A DNA stretch of 45,374 bases from Octopus bimaculoides. Taxonomy: Eukaryota. This document shows positions 23,846 to 36,954 of the stretch, piece after piece. Position 1 is the stretch's first letter; each line of letters starts with the position of its first letter. The stretch lies in the NCBI RefSeq assembly GCF_001194135.2, contig NC_069000.1:8133650-8179023 (forward strand). Direction: 5' to 3'. The translations under genes and the position numbers were made by a program. The notes under the pieces are model-generated. The model was not told where the DNA came from, did no database searches, and was given only the letters and a program-made list of their open reading frames with translations.

Positions 23846-23884
<39 letters not shown>

Positions 23885-23963
23885 TACACAGAGATATATA
23901 TCGCCACTTGTGTACAGGTATGATTTTTTTAGGTCAAGTTTGAATGTACTTTTGTGAGTTTAC

Positions 23964-24019
23964 CTGCAGTGTGCAATGATTGCACCATCCATGGAGGTTG
24001 TGTTAGCTGTTGTTGACAT
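23964..24019 (-). CDS. Probable first coding segment of the Nav2 gene (MSTTANTTSMDGAIIAHC-S), inside a larger CpG-richer 5' exon reaching at least ~24330
   Basis: Donor 'TGCAG|gtaaac' at 23964. ATG at 24019 gives 18 codons plus 2 nt, which is phase-compatible with the phase-2 acceptor at 20657 (AG|C = Ser). An in-frame TAG lies upstream. There is no homology support for this peptide. Confidence 0.5.
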
Positions 24020-24509
24020 TGCTGTTGATGACAATGATGATGACGGTTCTGTTGTTGTTGTTGTTGTTGTCGTCGTCGTCTACCCGACAAATTCTCCGGG
24101 TAGTACATCGTCCGGCTACGAGAACAGCAAGAAGTGCACGTCTGAACAACTGTCGATGATGATGTTACGAAACATCGTAAGAAGTGGCGACACCTGCGAC
24201 AGATTGGTGCAATGTAAACTTGGCGGCTTGTTTTTCTTCATGATTGATTTCAATGAGATTATCTCACCTGCCACCCACTGACAAATCAACTTCTCACCTC
24301 ACTCACCTGGACAACCGAAAGCCCCAGCACATCTGTCCTTTGCCTCTCTCTTTTACAAATCATATCTTCACTGGACTTTCATATTGATTTCTCACCTGTG
24401 ATTGATGTTTCATAGTTTCTCTTTACACACTGTAGGTATATGAGTATGAGTGTATGTGTGTGTCTGTGTGTGTGTACGTACATATATACAGATGTACAAT
24501 ATATATATG

Positions 24510-24542
<33 letters not shown>

Positions 24543-24756
24543 GTACATATATGTATATGAATGTGTGTATATGCATACACGTAAGTATGTATGAATATTT
24601 ATAGTGCTTAAAAGAAGATTGAGAAGACTTAAACTCAGTTTAGTATTCAATACCTAATGTAGAGTATATAATTCATTTATTAACACTTAAATACCCTATA
24701 ATTTGTACAACTGTCTCAATACATAAGGACCTTTATGACAGTAAGAATGAATCACA

Positions 24757-24791
<35 letters not shown>

Positions 24792-25332
24792 CACAGTATC
24801 GCAATATTGGCCAGACCATCAAATACTGTTATACACCACTAGTCGCAATGTGTTTCCAATTCTGTCTTGATTGCACCGCTCTCTCCCATCTTGACCCAAA
24901 TTGCTTAACTAAATCATCTTCCCTTCAGTGAGGAAGTCTTCCAGATTTTTTGCCAACATTGCACAACGTTGCCATTATGTGCAAAATTGAGAAACAGTTT
25001 AGAAAGTGAGGGTGTTATGCTACTTGTGAAAAACAGTTGGGGCCACTGAGACCCTTTTACCTTTTACATTTACCTTTCCACCACAAGCCTTAAGGAAATC
25101 TATTCTACATGGGTTGGATGTTACCAGCTGTTTAACCTTTTCGTATTCAAACTGGCCATATCTGGCCCAAATATTCTATCTATCTTTTGTTCAAACTGAC
25201 CAGCTCCAACTTCTCACACCTATCCTACATTGTCATTCAAAAATAAGCTATCATATCATTGATATCCTGAAGCTATGAGATAATTCAAGATTAATTCAAA
25301 AGAATGTGAATAGATAAGTATTATATTTGACA

Positions 25333-25667
25333 GAAGACACGTGACTGAGTGCTTCAAGCATTGGGCTCACAATCACGAGTTAATGAATTCAGTTCCCAGA
25401 CTGGGCTCTCTGCTGTGTTCCTGAGCAAGACACTTTATTCCACGTTACTCCAGTTCCCTCAGTTGCAGAAATGAGTTACAAATCACTGGTTCCAAGCTCT
25501 ATCCTTTCCTTTGGACAACACCAGTGGCATGGAGAAGGGAAGCTGCTATGCATGGGTGACTGTTGGTCTTCCATAAACAACCTTGCCCGGACTTGTGCCT
25601 CAAAGGGGAACTTTCTGGGTGTAATCCCATGGTCATTCATGACCAGAAGGGGTCTTTACCCTTTACT
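25333..25667 (+). mobile_element. tRNA-derived SINE family C
   Basis: tRNA-like head followed by 'tgtgttcctgagcaagacactttattccac' (a V/Meta-SINE-like core, by recollection) and the tail 'ggggtctttaccctttac'. Confidence 0.65.
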
Positions 25668-26351
25668 CTTTATATTCGACAGAGTAATCTGAAAGCTATT
25701 TCTTGGAATACATACCAATAAATACATCTATAGCAACATTTTTTCAGGAGCCCTTAGAATACTATTGTGGGTCCCCAATTCACTATTTTATTGCATGCCC
25801 CACACCCAAAAATTTATATGGACCCTCAGGGTCTATGCGGACCCCAGTTGAGAACTGGCTTAGAATTATATCCCCAGATAATTGAGTGTAGAATATTTGG
25901 TAAAAAACTCTTGGATGGAAAAAAGCTGCTGCCTTCGATGAGAGAAAATAATTTCTTCTTTCATTGTTTCATGTTTAAATTTGTTCATACTGCTAAAATG
26001 TTTAGGCATTATTCTCTCTGAATCAGACTGTTAATTTCCATGATATTTGAATTATATGCAAACATTATGATGTTGTCTTAGAACTTTTAAGTGGGGATAA
26101 ATATTACCTTTTGGTATTAATACTGCTTCTCTTGGTACTTGTATTTTTTATACATATATATATGTGTGTGTATATACATACATACATACACACACACACG
26201 CGCGCATATATACACACACACATATACAGTATACATGCATTCACATGCTCACACACATAGAGAGAGAGAGAGAGAGTGAGGGCTGACAGGAATAAGATGT
26301 AATAGTGTGTGTGTGAGAGAGAGAGAGAGAAAGAGATAGATAAAGATAGAA

Positions 26352-26388
<37 letters not shown>

Positions 26389-26940
26389 TAGAGAGAGATA
26401 GAGATAGAGAGAGAGATAGAGTGGAAGATAGGGCGACAAAGAAGCAAAGAGAAGGGGGAGAGATAGAGTGAAGAGAGAAAGAGGTATTCGTTTTGCTTGT
26501 ATCGGAAAAAAAAAAAATCTGCTTCCTTAACAAAATCAATAAACTGCAAAGACTTGTTGCTGGAGATTTCTACGAATTCAAAATAGTTATCACCATACCA
26601 TAAGAGTGGAATGGAACGGAATGGAAATACCAATACATTTTCTGTTACACCATATTGCTAAGTCTCAGTGTTATTCTGACAATCTGACACATACGAACAT
26701 GTAGGAAAACTGTCTTAATATCTATCATGTAGCAGTATCTTGTGATGGAGATCTTTGAACAGCTAATGGTAATGATATTGGCTTGCTCTTGTCTCTCCTG
26801 AAGCTTTTAATCAATATGTTCAAATGATAAAGACTGCCATGTAGACAAGAGGAAGGCATGTTCCTCTGCTCTGATACTACATCTGACATTTACATAATTT
26901 ACATTGAATGCTGTCTTTTAGATATCGATGTTTTGTTTCT

Positions 26941-27482
26941 TTCGGTCATTAAACTGCAGCCATGCTGGAGCACTGCCTTGAAAAACTTTTAGCTGAATGA
27001 ATCAAACCCCCAAGTGTTTTTTTTTTCATTTTTTTTCTTTTCTTTTTTTTTCAATGCCTGATACTTATTCTATTGGTCTCTTTTGCTGAACTGCTAAGTT
27101 ACAGGGATGTAAACACACCAACACCGGTTGTCAAGCAGTGGTGGGAACAGACACAGACACAGACACAGAGACACACACATANNNNNNNNNNNNNNNNNNN
27201 NNNNNNNNNNNNNNNNNNNNNNNNNNNNNNNNNNNNNNNNNNNNNNNNNNNNNNNNNNNATATATATATATATATATATATATATAGATATATATATATA
27301 CATATATATGATCCATCCAGCCATCCATCCATCCAATATATATACACACACAAGATGGGCTTCTCTCAGCTTCTGTTTACCAAATCGACTCACAAAGCAC
27401 TGGTTGGTTTTGAGGCTATAGTGGAAATGAACCCAGAACCATGTGATTGGGAAGCAAAATTCTCACCATACAGCCATGCCTG
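26941..27482 (-). mobile_element. Full SINE family A with an internal microsatellite and gap
   Basis: Head 27355-27482, body and tail 26941-27150. Confidence 0.75.
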
Positions 27483-27780
27483 TACCAGTATAAATATCAT
27501 TATTTGTTTCATGGTTGAAATACAACCTTAATATTGAACAGTAATGTTTCACCATAAAGATCTTGACTTCTGTTTAATATTGCTGGTAGTATTGGCTGCT
27601 GTCCTCTCTGATAGAAAAATACAATCAATATTTTCCACTTGTAAACAATCAATATGATATAATTGCATAGATACCGGTAATCAAATGGGGTGCCTTTACA
27701 TTTATATCAGAATATGTCATTTCAAATTTAACAGCCAAATCGAATTGCTATGAACACTGGTTGTTGTTTGTTGTTGTTGT

Positions 27781-27812
<32 letters not shown>

Positions 27813-28882
27813 ATTCTGGCTGTTATTGATTAAGTATTTCCCATCAGATCAGCCAGTCTCTCAATCAGACTATCAACATAAACATTTCTGATTGAACAGA
27901 TAAAAGTGATTGCTTACTGTAACTTCCTATAATCTATCTTGGTCAAGTTTGGGTCTGGAAGCATTGTTGTACCTAGTGTCTGTTGTGTACAGTGTTCAGC
28001 AGAATGGAGTGGAGTGGAAGCTGGTAGTTAAAGTTCTGTCTGTATTGCTTGAGTGGAGTTTAAGATTTAAGTAAAGCTCAGGGCTGAGGCTAGGAGACAC
28101 TTGACTGGTATAAGGCCATTCAGTACAACATTTCCATCCAGATTACTATAGACGGTACAAATTCATCATCATCACTAGTGTCATAGTTTGTTGTCGTCAT
28201 CGTCATCATCATCATCATCATCATTGATGATGATGTATATACTATGGGCATACATACATACATACATACATACTATGTATGTATGTTTATTTGTTTGTAT
28301 GTATGTAGAAATATAGACAGGCAGACCGGCACACAGGTATGCAAGAAAGTCAGAACTTCAAATTCTATCCAGAAACAATGACAATGACGATGACAACAAG
28401 AACAAGAACAACAGCAACAACAATAACAAGTTTCATGTAAAGATCAAGAGATAAAAGTTGTCTAAGAATTCCTTGTCTGATTATTCCGGAACATTCCAAA
28501 TGAACCATTAGTAGGCAATTGCTGTGAGCATTATTACAGACCCCACCACCGCCACTACCACCACCACCTCCACCTGCTGTTATTACTGTGTCTTCACACT
28601 TTTACATTCATTAGTAACTAAACATTAACATGGCTGACACCCAAATCCAATGGTTGTGAATACAAAAGCCACACCCAGCCATGCACAACCCATAACCAAA
28701 TGCATTAGTATCTCATTGCGAAGTGTAACCATGCGTATGATGTAGTTATTGACAAGTAATTTGTTACAATAAGATTTCAAAGCCAACAATCACAGACGTT
28801 GTTTTTGTTGGAATGGTCATTTGGATAGTCTTATGGTCAAATTTTAGTTTAGAACGTTAATTTTATTATTACTGAATTTTCT

Positions 28883-29330
28883 AAGACCACAAGCTGGCAG
28901 AATTGTTAGAGTACCAAAAAAAAAGAAAAAGATGCTTAGTGGAATTTTGTCTGTTTTCATGTTCTGAGATCAAATTCTGCTGAGGTTCACTTTGCATTTC
29001 ATCTTTTTGGGGTTGATGAAATAAGTACCAGTTTAATACTGGGGTAGATGTAATCCATCTACCCACACTCCTGAAATTGCTGGCCTTGTACCAAAATTTG
29101 AAATTATTATTGCCGTATTTTCCAAGGAGGTGGGCTGGCAGAATCGTTAGCTCATCGGAAAAAATGCTTAGTGGTATTTTGTCCATCTTTACATTCTGAG
29201 TTCAAATTCTGTCAAGATCAACTTTACCTTTCATCTTTTCAGGATCAATAAAATAAGTACCAGTGATACACTAGGGTTGATGTAATCAACTGGCCCCTTC
29301 CCCCCAAAATTTCAGGCCTTGTTCCTGAAA
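28883..29330 (+). mobile_element. Two SINE family B copies in tandem (28883-29103, 29124-29330)
   Basis: A-box heads 'gctggcagaat(t/c)gttag'; tails 'ccttgtaccaaaatttgaa' and 'ccttgttcctgaaa'. Confidence 0.75.
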
Positions 29331-29660
29331 TCTTACTGTGTCCTTCAGTGTACAAGTGAATATAGTTTATAGTTTAAACACTCAAACATTAGCACCATCT
29401 TTGTTACTCCTGCTGACCTCCACGTGGAATTTTTGGTCTTCCAAAGCCATCGTGGAGTGTCAGTTGACTCACAATTTTTTAGTCATGAAGTTTGGTCTGC
29501 AAAATTCAACTTGTATATGTTGAACAGTTGTTGTTACATATGAGATGAATCCAGTTATTTCCCGAATCCATTGTGAGGATCATCCAACTACCCACTGCCG
29601 CCGCCACCACTACCACAACCGTCATCGTCATTGTCATCATCATCATCATCTTCATCATCG

Positions 29661-29808
29661 GACTAAATGCTTAGCCACATTTCTTCCAGGTCTTTATGCT
29701 CTGAGTTCAAATGCTGCCAGGATCAACTTCGCCTTGTCGATGTATTGATTAGCCCCACCCCCCATCCTACTAAAACTGCTGGCCTGGTGCCAAAAGTAGA
29801 TAGAATTA
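29661..29808 (+). mobile_element. 5'-truncated SINE family B copy
   Basis: 'aaatgcttagc...gctctgagttcaaatgctgcc...ggcctggtgccaaaagtaga'. Confidence 0.6.
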
Positions 29809-29857
29809 TTGTTATTATTATTTTTATTACTATCATCATCATCATCATCATCATCAT

Positions 29858-29902
<45 letters not shown>

Positions 29903-30186
29903 TATTATTATTATTATTATTATTATAACTGTCATCAGACAGAGCCATATTGCTGTACTTGATAAGTTGGCAGTTGTTCTGACCGTCTTAACTGCTCAAC
30001 CAATTGATTCTAAATGTTTATTTATGCAGAAGACATCAATAGATTTTTTTTTGTAGGAAATTTTTTACTGACCAGTTAAATACTCTGGACAATACATATA
30101 TTAATTACATAAACACATACACACACACTCATACCATACATACAGACAGACAGACAGACACACTCATAGCGCACATACACACACAG

Positions 30187-30217
<31 letters not shown>

Positions 30218-32424
30218 AACTACCTACCTATGTATGTACCTACCTATGTATGTACCTACCTATGTATGTACCTACCTATGTATGTACCTACCTACCTACC
30301 TACTTACTACATACATACAAACATACATACATATATACGCTTGAATGGTGCTTTTTACGTGCCACAGGCACNNNNNNNNNNNNNNNNNNNNNNNNNNNNN
30401 NNNNNNNNNNNNNNNNNNNNNNNNNNNNNNNNNNNNNNNNNNNNNNNNNNNNNNNNNNNNNNNNNNNNNNNNNNNNNNNNNNNNNNNNNNNNNNNNNNNN
30501 NNNNNNNNNNNNNNNNNNNNNNNNNNNNNNNNNNNNNNNNNNNNNNNNNNNNNNNNNNNNNNNNNNNNNNNNNNNNNNNNNNNNNNNNNNNNNNNNNNNN
30601 NNNNNNNNNNNNNNNNNNNNNNNNNNNNNNNNNNNNNNNNNNNNNNNNNNNNNNNNNNNNNNNNNNNNNNNNNNNNNNNNNNNNNNNNNNNNNNNNNNNN
30701 NNNNNNNNNNNNNNNNNNNNNNNNNNNNNNNNNNNNNNNNNNNNNNNNNNNNNNNNNNNNNNNNNNNNNNNNNNNNNNNNNNNNNNNNNNNNNNNNNNNN
30801 NNNNNNNNNNNNNNNNNNNNNNNNNNNNNNNNNNNNNNNNNNNNNNNNNNNNNNNNNNNNNNNNNNNNNNNNNNNNNNNNNNNNNNNNNNNNNNNNNNNN
30901 NNNNNNNNNNNNNNNNNNNNNNNNNNNNNNNNNNNNNNNNNNNNNNNNNNNNNNNNNNNNNNNNNNNNNNNNNNNNNNNNNNNNNNNNNNNNNNNNNNNN
31001 NNNNNNNNNNNNNNNNNNNNNNNNNNNNNNNNNNNNNNNNNNNNNNNNNNNNNNNNNNNNNNNNNNNNNNNNNNNNNNNNNNNNNNNNNNNNNNNNNNNN
31101 NNNNNNNNNNNNNNNNNNNNNNNNNNNNNNNNNNNNNNNNNNNNNNNNNNNNNNNNNNNNNNNNNNNNNNNNNNNNNNNNNNNNNNNNNNNNNNNNNNNN
31201 NNNNNNNNNNNNNNNNNNNNNNNNNNNNNNNNNNNNNNNNNNNNNNNNNNNNNNNNNNNNNNNNNNNNNNNNNNNNNNNNTTTATATATATATATATAAA
31301 GAAAGACTATGATTTAATATATTCTCCAGCCTATTCCAAGTTTTCCAAGTTGGTTGCATAACATCACCAAGAAATATATTTATTATGTATGTGTAACATA
31401 GAAGAAGAGGGAAAATTTACCAACACTACCACCACAACCACTACCGCCACCACTGTCAACATCACCATCACTACTGCTACTAACACCACCACAGCAGTAC
31501 TACCACTGGTGTTGTCATTGTCACCACCACCACCACCACCACTACCACCACCACCGGCAACACCAGCACCAGCATCACCACCACCACCACTACCACCACT
31601 GCTGTGGCCACCACTGCCACTGTGGGCGATCGCAGCCACCACCATCACATTAGAATCCAACTTTAGAATCTATGTTTTTTTTAACATTGTATAAACAGTG
31701 AAGTACAGCACGACTGTCAGAACATTGTTGTGGTAGTGGTGGTGGCGGCAGTGTCTGTTGTAGCGGTGGAGATAGTAGAGTTGTTGTTGCTGTTGTTGTT
31801 GTTGTTGTTGTTGTGGTGGTGATGGTGTTAGTGGCTGCTGTAGTGTTGTCCCTGTTGTTTATGGCTGTGGTATTGTTTGTGCTGTAGTAAGTGACGATAG
31901 TGGTGGTAGAGGTATTGCTGCTGCTGCTGCTGCTGCTGCTGTTGTTGTTGTTGTTGTTGCCTTTATGTCTTTAATAGAGACGTACGTGATATATCTGATA
32001 TTTCCAATCCGTTTACAGCCAAGACGCATATAAATACATCAACACTGGCGATGTCCAAAACAACTACACAAAGTCAGTGCTAAAATCCCTATTATACGAA
32101 GAGCATTTAGATTCTCCTCCACAAACGAAGCTCAATATAAAGAAATCGAAGCTACTTAACGATCAGTGTGATTCATAAATTTGATTGCAAATGTGATGCA
32201 AGCTATAGACTTTCATCACTGTAGCTGTTATGTTTGCCACGCAAATACGGCAGTCTCTCGCCAGATCACCAGGCCCTTACAATAAAAAGCAGCTGCAATG
32301 AGCTAACACAAAACTAAAGAGATGAAAACGTTTGGGGACAACAGAGCTTAAACACTGAAAGATTCCCCCACATAAATTGAATGATTAATGAGGGAAACAT
32401 TACTCGGAAGGCATATTGCTCATA

Positions 32425-32990
32425 GGGTTCTCGTGTGGCTGAGTGGTAAGAAGTTTGCCTCTCAACCACATGGTTTTTTTGGATTCGGTTCTAATGTGTG
32501 GCAGCTTAGGCAAGTGTCTCCGATTGCTGTGCTGGGCTTACCGAGGCCTTGTGAATGGATTTGGCAGATGGAAACTGAAAGAAGCCTGTCATATATAAAT
32601 ATATATTATACATATGTGTGTGTATGTGTGTGTGTGTGTGTGTGTGNNNNNNNNNNTATGTGTGTGTATGTGTGTGTATGTGTGTGTATGTGTTTGTGTG
32701 TGTGTGTTTGTGTTTATCCTCCCAACCCACTGATTGACAACCAGTGTTGGAGTATTTATGCTGCCATAACTTAGTGGTTTGGCAAAAGGAGACTGATAAA
32801 ATAAGTACCAGGGTTAGAAGAAGAAAATAAGTATGGTGTTGATTTGTCCAATTAAGCCTTTCAAGGCAGTGCTCTAGCATGGCCATGGTCTCAGATAAGT
32901 ACTGGGATCAATTCATTCAACTAAAACTTCTTCAAGGCGGTGCTCCAGCACGGCCACAATCTACTGACTGAAACAAGTAAAGGATAAGAG
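32425..32990 (+). mobile_element. Full SINE family A with an internal (TG)n and a duplicated 3' segment
   Basis: Head, microsatellite and body, with the segment 'ttcaaggc(a/g)gtgctc(t/c)agca(t/c)ggcca' present twice before the tail. Confidence 0.8.
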
Positions 32991-33229
32991 AGAGAAGACA
33001 ATATAAACACGAACTCAAAATTCTTTCACGGTCATTTTTATTGATTCTAATTTCTCTGTTCAGTTAAACAACCCAGCTTGTAAAACTTCCAGAATACTTC
33101 AGTGTCAACATTTAAGGTTAGTCAGAGATGGAGAAACAACAGATGAATCTTGGGTGAGATTGTAACCAGGCTGTCTCAATAATTCTCTCTAATTTTAGCT
33201 GCCTTTGCTCAGCTTTCATTAATGTAACC

Positions 33230-33590
33230 AATAACATTTAGCTTCCTACATCTCCCCCCTCACACTTCTTTTGGTATTCCTCATCTGGAAATTGTTTTAC
33301 TTCTCAGATCAATGACATCCAACAAAAAGGTCTTGATCTGTGAAAGAAACTCTCGGAAAATAAAGCAAGGGGTCACCTATTTGTGGAACTTTTCCTGTAC
33401 AGGACAGCTGGTCGCACTTCTGCCCAAGTGTTTTTTTGAAGATATACAATGGTAAAGGACCTTCCTGGAAATATATAGAGGAAAAATAGCTGAAGCTACC
33501 ATTTCCATCCAAAGAAAATGAACATTTCAATCTTGTGAAAAAGTCTGGATTTCTTTCTTTCCAGGAGAGATTTGGCATGGGGCCAACCAG
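33230..33590 (-). mobile_element. Possible highly degenerate L1/Tx1 RT fragment
   Basis: LDGNGSFSYFSSIYFQEGPLPLYIF loosely resembles VNGxxSxxFxxxxxVRQGCPLSPLLY. Confidence 0.3.
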
Positions 33591-33688
33591 CCCTTTGTCA
33601 GTTGGCCTAGCTATAAAGAATTATTCTCTCTCTCTCTCTCTATCTGTCTGTCTGTCTCTGTCTGTCTGTCTGTCTGTCTCTGTCTGTC

Positions 33689-33730
<42 letters not shown>

Positions 33731-34129
33731 ACACACACACACATACTCTCTCTTTCTCTCTTTAACACACTAACTATATAAATGAGGCAAATATCTTTCA
33801 AATGTATTTATACACTAGTAAACACAATGTCAGCCACACACACACGCACACACACACACATACACACACACGCACATTTTTTTACTATACTCTTTTTCCA
33901 ATTTATAGGATATTTTTTTTGCTGTTTTCTCACTACTGAACACTTCCCAGAGTCCACTCTGACCCAGTTAACCCTTTTTTTAGTATCAAATATTACATTT
34001 GTACATCAAAGTCAAAGATTTGCCAATTATTCCACTGAAAATTCTTCCTATTCTTCAGCAATATAAACGAAGTACCAGACACCCAGTGATATAACACAGA
34101 ATAGATCATATACCTACCCTCTACCAATA

Positions 34130-34735
34130 ATACACCCTGATATCAGGTGTATACCCTATTATCAACTCTACACCATCATATCAAATATATGTCTTGATAT
34201 CACTATACACACTGATATCATAGCATCATATCAAATATACATCCTGATATCTCTGTATACACTATCAAATATACACACTGATACCAGCTATACATTATAT
34301 CAAACATATACCATGATATCACTATACACACTATATACGCCATGATATCACTATACACACTGATATCAGCTATATCCCACCATATCAAATATACATCATG
34401 ATATCACTATACACCCTGATATTACCATGATATTACCATGATATTACTATACACGCTATATACGCCATGATAACACTATACACACTATCCAATATACACA
34501 CTGATATCAGCTATATCCTATCATATCAAATATACATCATGGTATCACTATACACACTATATATGCCATGATATCACTATATACACTAGCAAATATACAC
34601 ACTGATATCAGCTATACTCCATGATATCAAATATACATCATGATATCACTATACACACTGTATACACCATTATATTGCTATACACACTGATATCACTATA
34701 CAGTCTGTATCAAATATACACCACGTATCAACTAT
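34130..34735. repeat. Complex minisatellite built from tgatatcactatacacac-type subunits
   Basis: Dozens of GATATC-containing subunits and a recurring longer block aaatatacacactgatatcagctat. Confidence 0.8.
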
Positions 34736-35060
34736 ATACTCAATCGCTTCAAATTATGAACTCTGAGATGTGGACGACCATTTTCCAAATTAATTTTGGT
34801 TAGAAAAAAAAAAATCTCTGAAGAGAGTATTCCATCTGTTGCCTTTGGTCACTCCTCAACATCATAATCTTGCTTCAAAAAACTGGATGAAAAAAAATGC
34901 AGCATCTTTATAATCCCCATAATTTTACCTTATATCCTCCCTCCTTCCGCCTGATATCCACCTTCTATTTCATCTCCAGCCACCCTTCATCCACCCCAAA
35001 CAAAGACGGCGAATTAATGGCTATATACTGACAAAGAAACAGCTTAGTTACAAGCATTGC

Positions 35061-35085
35061 TGACGTCATATGTCACATGACATCA
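35061..35085. promoter_or_regulatory. Candidate bZIP/bHLH site cluster: CRE, MiT/TFE-type E-box and CRE-like site
   Basis: TGACGTCA 35061-35068, GTCACATGAC 35072-35081, TGACATCA 35078-35085. Confidence 0.3.
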
Positions 35086-35220
35086 TACGTCTTTTCTCTC
35101 TCTCTCTCTCTCTCTCCTCAACATGTCGTCTATGGAGGATTATTGATATCCACACACACACACAGCGTGCGTATTGACTTGGATATTAGTGATATCACAT
35201 AATAGTCAATGGTGCAGATG

Positions 35221-35285
<65 letters not shown>

Positions 35286-35564
35286 TGTACACACATATAC
35301 ACAAATATTTAGAGACAGATATACACATGTATATATTACACAGATAGATGTAACACCTCAACTATTTGGTCTACTGCTTCTAATATGCCTACACACAGCC
35401 AAGCAGACAGAAACACAACCACACACACACACACACACACACACGTGCATACATCAACATACAAACTTAACTATATAAACACACATACAAACAAGCTCAA
35501 CCACATGCACACACATACACATACAAATACAACCACACACATTTGTANNNNNNNNNNACACACA

Positions 35565-35745
35565 CACACACGATTGTTTGCTCTGATAAAAACAGTCAAA
35601 TCTGTCTCAGATCACACCTTATGGTCTTGAAAAACGTAGGAGACATTGCATAAGGTAGACTTAGATACACTGTGCCAATGTCACGACTGGACTGTCTTTG
35701 ATCATATGTTCGCTGGACCAAGGCTGACCTAGGGTTAAATAGCGA
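35565..35745 (+). mobile_element. Dispersed repeat 3' fragment (SINE-like)
   Basis: 'gtcaaatc...atcacacc...ctttgatcata...ggctgacctagggttaaa'; recognised only as a recurrent octopus-type repeat end. Confidence 0.4.
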
Positions 35746-36359
35746 TAGCCACAAAAACTACCTACATACAAACATATACTTATATACATATAGACGAACA
35801 GATACGCACACAGACTTTGGTGCACACACACACACATACACACACACACACTCACGCACAGACAGACATATATTTACAAATACGTACATAGACACATACA
35901 CATATAGACATACACAGGCACATAGACACACACATACATACACACACACACATATACACACAGAGCAGGTGTGGAGGTTGGATATAGCAGTTAGCTCCCT
36001 TCCATAAATAACCAAATCTTTACAACCACCACTTCTCTCTTTCTCTTTCTTCATTGTCTTTCTATCTCTCTTTCTCTTATTCTTTCTCTCTCACTATATT
36101 ACATTCATCTATTTTCCACCCCTCTTTATCTCTCCCTTTCTCTTTTACTATATCACACTCACTTATCTTCAGAGTCTCTCTTCCTCTCTCTCAAACATCT
36201 TTTTTTCACACTCGCCTACCCTTCACTCTCCCTCATCCTCTCCCTCCCTCTCTCCCTCCCCCTTTCTTACTTTCATATACATATAAAGCAGTACAACTAT
36301 ACATACCTATAGAGCCACATGCACATACATTCACACATAACCATACACACACACACACA

Positions 36360-36400
<41 letters not shown>

Positions 36401-36915
36401 GCAAAGAAACTCACAACACAAGCACGCATACATAAGAAGCATGCATAATCCACATCCACAGATGTACACACATACATACATATACATACGTACGCACATA
36501 CATACACACATATACACATATATACTCACATATACACACGTGCATATAGACACACATATATACATTTATACACATTCACATACACACATAAATATGTGTT
36601 AGAAATATACAGATGATGTCGATCGCTACAAATCTCTTTGGCAGCCACAAAGTAAAATTTCCATCATAAATATTTAGAGTAGCTGCAGTTATCTCCCTTG
36701 TCTAATATTCATGAAACATTACGTGTAACTCATACATCCACACATATACACATGTATGTTATGTATGTGTAGGTATGCATGTATTCATGTATGTATGTGT
36801 GTATGTATGTACGTATGTATGTATGTATGTATGTATGTATGACTATATATATTTTCTATACAGAACTGTTTAGTAATCTGTCTGTCGGTCTGTCTGTCTG
36901 TCTGTCCGTCCGACC

Positions 36916-36954
<39 letters not shown>

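Noticed and set aside
25730-25862. Possible hAT-type MITE ending in ggaccccagttgagaac
   Set aside because: Only one end resembles a TIR; no matching left TIR or 8-bp TSD could be identified.
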